From: Balamuthia mandrillaris
Lineage: Eukaryota
DNA: 64,000 nucleotides
NCBI GenBank assembly: GCA_031835245.2
Contig: JAVKOQ020000055.1
Span: 62,001-126,000 of the forward strand
Direction of reading: 5' to 3'
Shown: positions 61,111-64,000 of the stretch, in pieces
Layout: each line of letters opens with the position of its first letter
How positions within the stretch are numbered: the first letter of the stretch is position 1
The notes under the pieces: generated by a model
Seen by the model: only the letters and a program-made list of their open reading frames with translations
What the model was told of the DNA's origin: nothing
The model's database searches: none
Made by a program: the position numbers and the translations under genes

Positions 61111-62075
61111 ATGAAGGCACAAACCATGATCGCGAAGATGTTGCTGTTGAGCAGCCTTCTTGTGGCATCCACTTTGGCCCAAGGGACCTTTGACACCATC
61201 GCTGACCCGGACCTCAACGATGGAAGCGATAGGATGTACGTCTCTTTCTCCACCCCCTTCTGATTCTCTCCGTTACTGATGTCTCGAAACAAACAATAAA
61301 ATAAAAAATAGGGACTGCCCGATGCACTGCGAACGGATTACGTTGATCGTGGATGACTACCGCAATGCTATCTATACCATGGAGGGAGAGGGCTACGTGA
61401 GGCCCGTCGATGAGATCGACCTCACTGCCGTTGAGGATAACGTCCTAGTCCAAGAGGACTTCACTTACACCGATAACACTCCCGTTAGTACTCTCTCTCC
61501 CGCTCTCTCTCTCTCGCTCTCACAAGCTAAACGTCATATTTACTTACCTTGGAAAAACGCAGTGGTCCTCTGCTGGAATGTACAAGTCGTTGGAGGAAGC
61601 TCTGGTGGCCCTGCGTGGTCGTAACGAGACAGGAGTCATGTTGGACAAATCTGAACGCATCGCCTTCGCCTGCAGTGAGGACGGCCGACATGCCTTTGAG
61701 CAACGTAACGTAACCTACTCCGTCATGCAACAAGAAGAACAACAAGAAGGAGAGGGAGAAGGTGAAGAAAGTCAGCAGCCTGCAAAACGACAAGAAGAGC
61801 AAGGGGAAGGAGGAGAAGAACAACAAGAAGAACCTATGACGGAGCAGACCACCACGGTTGTGTACGTGTATAACTTGGACGAGGAGGATCGCATTAAGTC
61901 CATCTATGAATACGAGGACTCTGCTTTGGACATGTGGTTAGAGGAGGTGAACCTGATGATGGGAGGAGAACAGCAAGGAGGAGAACCTGTACCTCCTCAG
62001 GAAGAAGAAGACCAGCCGCCCGCTGAGGAGGAAGAGATCCCTTTGGAAGAGCAGGAGGGCATGCCAGCCTTCTAA
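61111..62075 (+). CDS. Secreted acidic protein, possible SnoaL/NTF2-like fold, 3 exons
   Basis: Signal peptide MLLLSSLLVASTLAQG; exons join in phase; VYVYNLDEEDRIKSIYEYED resembles the SnoaL C-terminal strand pair. Confidence 0.65.
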
Positions 62076-62218
62076 AAAAAAGGGCTCAGCCAACCTCATG
62101 CGTTTTCTTGATAAACAAGTAACCTCTAAGCATAAATAATAAAAGAAGAAGGCAAAAACTTCCAAAGGTCTATTTGTTCCGCTGGGTCATGAAAAAAAAG
62201 GACGGCTTGCCTGGTCAC

Positions 62219-62548
62219 TCACTCTTCGCGTCTCATGTCCACCACCACCGTGGAGGCTTCGGTGGCAAAAGCGGGTGGAGCCCAAGCAGTGATGAACAAT
62301 GAAGGACCCACTCTCTGGATATTATAACAGATCATCAGCATTCATGTTTTGTATTTCTTCACCCGTTTCTCACTCACCTCAGTGACTAACGCCCAACGAG
62401 CGGAAGGTCCTTCGGCGGCAAGCCTGGCTGCCCGCTGCACGCCCTCCTCGCCGTCCTCTGCCGCGGCGAGCAGCTCCGCCACCAGGCCCAAGCTCCGAGC
62501 GGAGGCTGCGGCCAGCGGTCTTCCCGAGCCCGTTTGGAAGCCAGACAT
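62219..62548 (-). CDS. Possible small two-exon ORF or gene fragment with one BRC-repeat-like motif
   Basis: GC-rich exon MSGFQTGSGRPLAAASARSLGLVAELL; GTGAGT donor and in-phase CAG acceptor. Confidence 0.35.
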
Positions 62549-62947
62549 AACGACGTTTTGTTAAGCAAGTTCTACTTGTCCTCTTTTCTTTTTCCCTCCC
62601 AAAGCTCTTCAAGTAGTGTTTTCTTTCCTGCTTCTTGCTTCCTGCTTCTTGCTACCTTCTCCAAGAGGCTCTGCTACTCTTTTTTTTTTTTTTGGCACAT
62701 TCCATGGTTCAGGGCTGCAGCAAAGGTGCAGCAAGGCAGCTGTGTTCCAGCAGCATTGCTGCACTGTCGATTCAAAGCTTAACAAACCCAGCAGCCCTTG
62801 TGAACCAAAGCTGCTCGCCTAGCTTAACTGTTGATAAAATGCAAAATATTTGAACATTATTCGAAAATACTGAATATTTATTCAATTATTGGTTGAAAAT
62901 TTGGCAGAATATTTTATTTTATTGGTTTGTCGCCTAAGCAAAAAAAG

Positions 62948-64000
62948 ATGAGTTTGGAGCGAGTGGTGGAGAGCTTGAAGGACACCCTTGTGGAGGTTCG
63001 AAGGGACATCCATCAGCACCCTGAGACTGCCTTCAAGGAAGTGCGAACCAGTGGCGTGGTCCTGTCCTACCTGCAAAGCGTTGGCTTGCCCGACGAACCT
63101 GGCACTTGGAAGGTAAAGAGCTACTATGCTTCCTTCTTTGCTTCTCTTTTTCATCAGCAAACTTCATCATCTTCTTTCTCACGTTCGACCTTTTAAAAAA
63201 ATAATAAAGAAATGTGCAGGAACTGGTTTGGTGGTGGACATCAAAGGCACAGCCCCACCAAAGGGTGACGAACAACAAGTCAAAATGATTGCCCTTCGCT
63301 CAGACCTGGATGCTCTGCCCATGACCGAGGAGAACTTTGACCTCCCTTACCGTTCTGTCAAGTGAGTAGCTAGCTCTCCTTTTCGAGCAAGCTCTCTTTG
63401 GTTCTCATTCGGTTGACTAACTCTTTCTCTTTCTTCTTTCGTTGTTCTTGTTCTTCTCCTTCTCCTTCTTGTTCTTCTTCTTGTTCTTCTTCTTGTTCTT
63501 CTTCTTCTTGTTCTTATTCTTCTTGTTCTTCTTCTTGTTCTTCTTCTCCTTTGTGTTCTTTCTTGTCTTCACTCAACAACTTGTACTAACGCTGAAGCGA
63601 GGGAGCAGCTCACATGTACGTTTTTCATGCCCAACCTCATTTATACTGAACACACAGCGGACTAATATGCTTTCTCTTGTGCTTATAACGAAGGTGCGGC
63701 CACGATGGTCACATCTCGATGCTGCTCGGCGCTGCCACTCTCTTGCTCCAATCTCGAGACAAGATTCCCAGTGACGTTACCATTCGTCTGCTCTTCCAAC
63801 CCGCCGAGGAGGGGCCTGGTGGTGCTCCCGTCATGATCGAGGAAGGTTGTCTGGAGGGAGTGGAGGAGGTCTATGGCATTCACAACTGGCCCACTATGGC
63901 CTTGGGAGAGATGCGAACCAAAGAGGGTCCTCTTATGGCACACGTGTCGGATCTATACATCACTATTAGAGGAAAAGGTGGTCATGGCTCTCAACCTCAA
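62948..64000 (+). CDS. M20D amidohydrolase (hippurate/IAA-amino acid hydrolase-like), runs off the window
   Basis: RRDIHQHPE, LRSDLDALP, HMCGHDGH, LFQPAEEG, GKGGHGS. Confidence 0.93.

Overview
Gene-dense, intron-rich eukaryotic DNA. GT-AG introns packed with (CT)n/(CTT)n/(TTTC)n/(GTT)n microsatellites and a gene set including tandem SH2, I-BAR, DYW-PPR and giant-virus-like F-box/ankyrin suggest a free-living amoebozoan such as Balamuthia or Acanthamoeba (inference). I spliced about 28 protein-coding genes by hand, including ELMOD, SGNH hydrolase, F-box/LRR, UBA-UBX-RING, TatD, I-BAR, an AddB/Cas4-like nuclease, FIGNL1, a PARG-like protein, an EF-SH2-SH2 protein, HAUS7, peroxiredoxin, a sterol-GT-like/FYVE protein, a TPT transporter, MBOAT/RhoGEF, AcpS, PPR-DYW, a TRAF7-like protein, JmjC and an M20 amidohydrolase. 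There are also two tRNA genes and a decayed Ty1/copia locus. Most notable: a DH-PH RhoGEF inserted inside a catalytically degenerate wax-synthase MBOAT; an intact plant-type PPR-DYW C-to-U editing factor; a putative mitochondrial, membrane-anchored Fe-S PD-(D/E)XK nuclease; a bacterial/organellar-looking tRNA-Val; a copia LTR with TAAGG...CCTTA ends whose TSD appears eroded by CpG deamination; and a recurrent TG(T/A)CGACA element upstream of many genes. Family calls come from motif recognition only; no searches were run.
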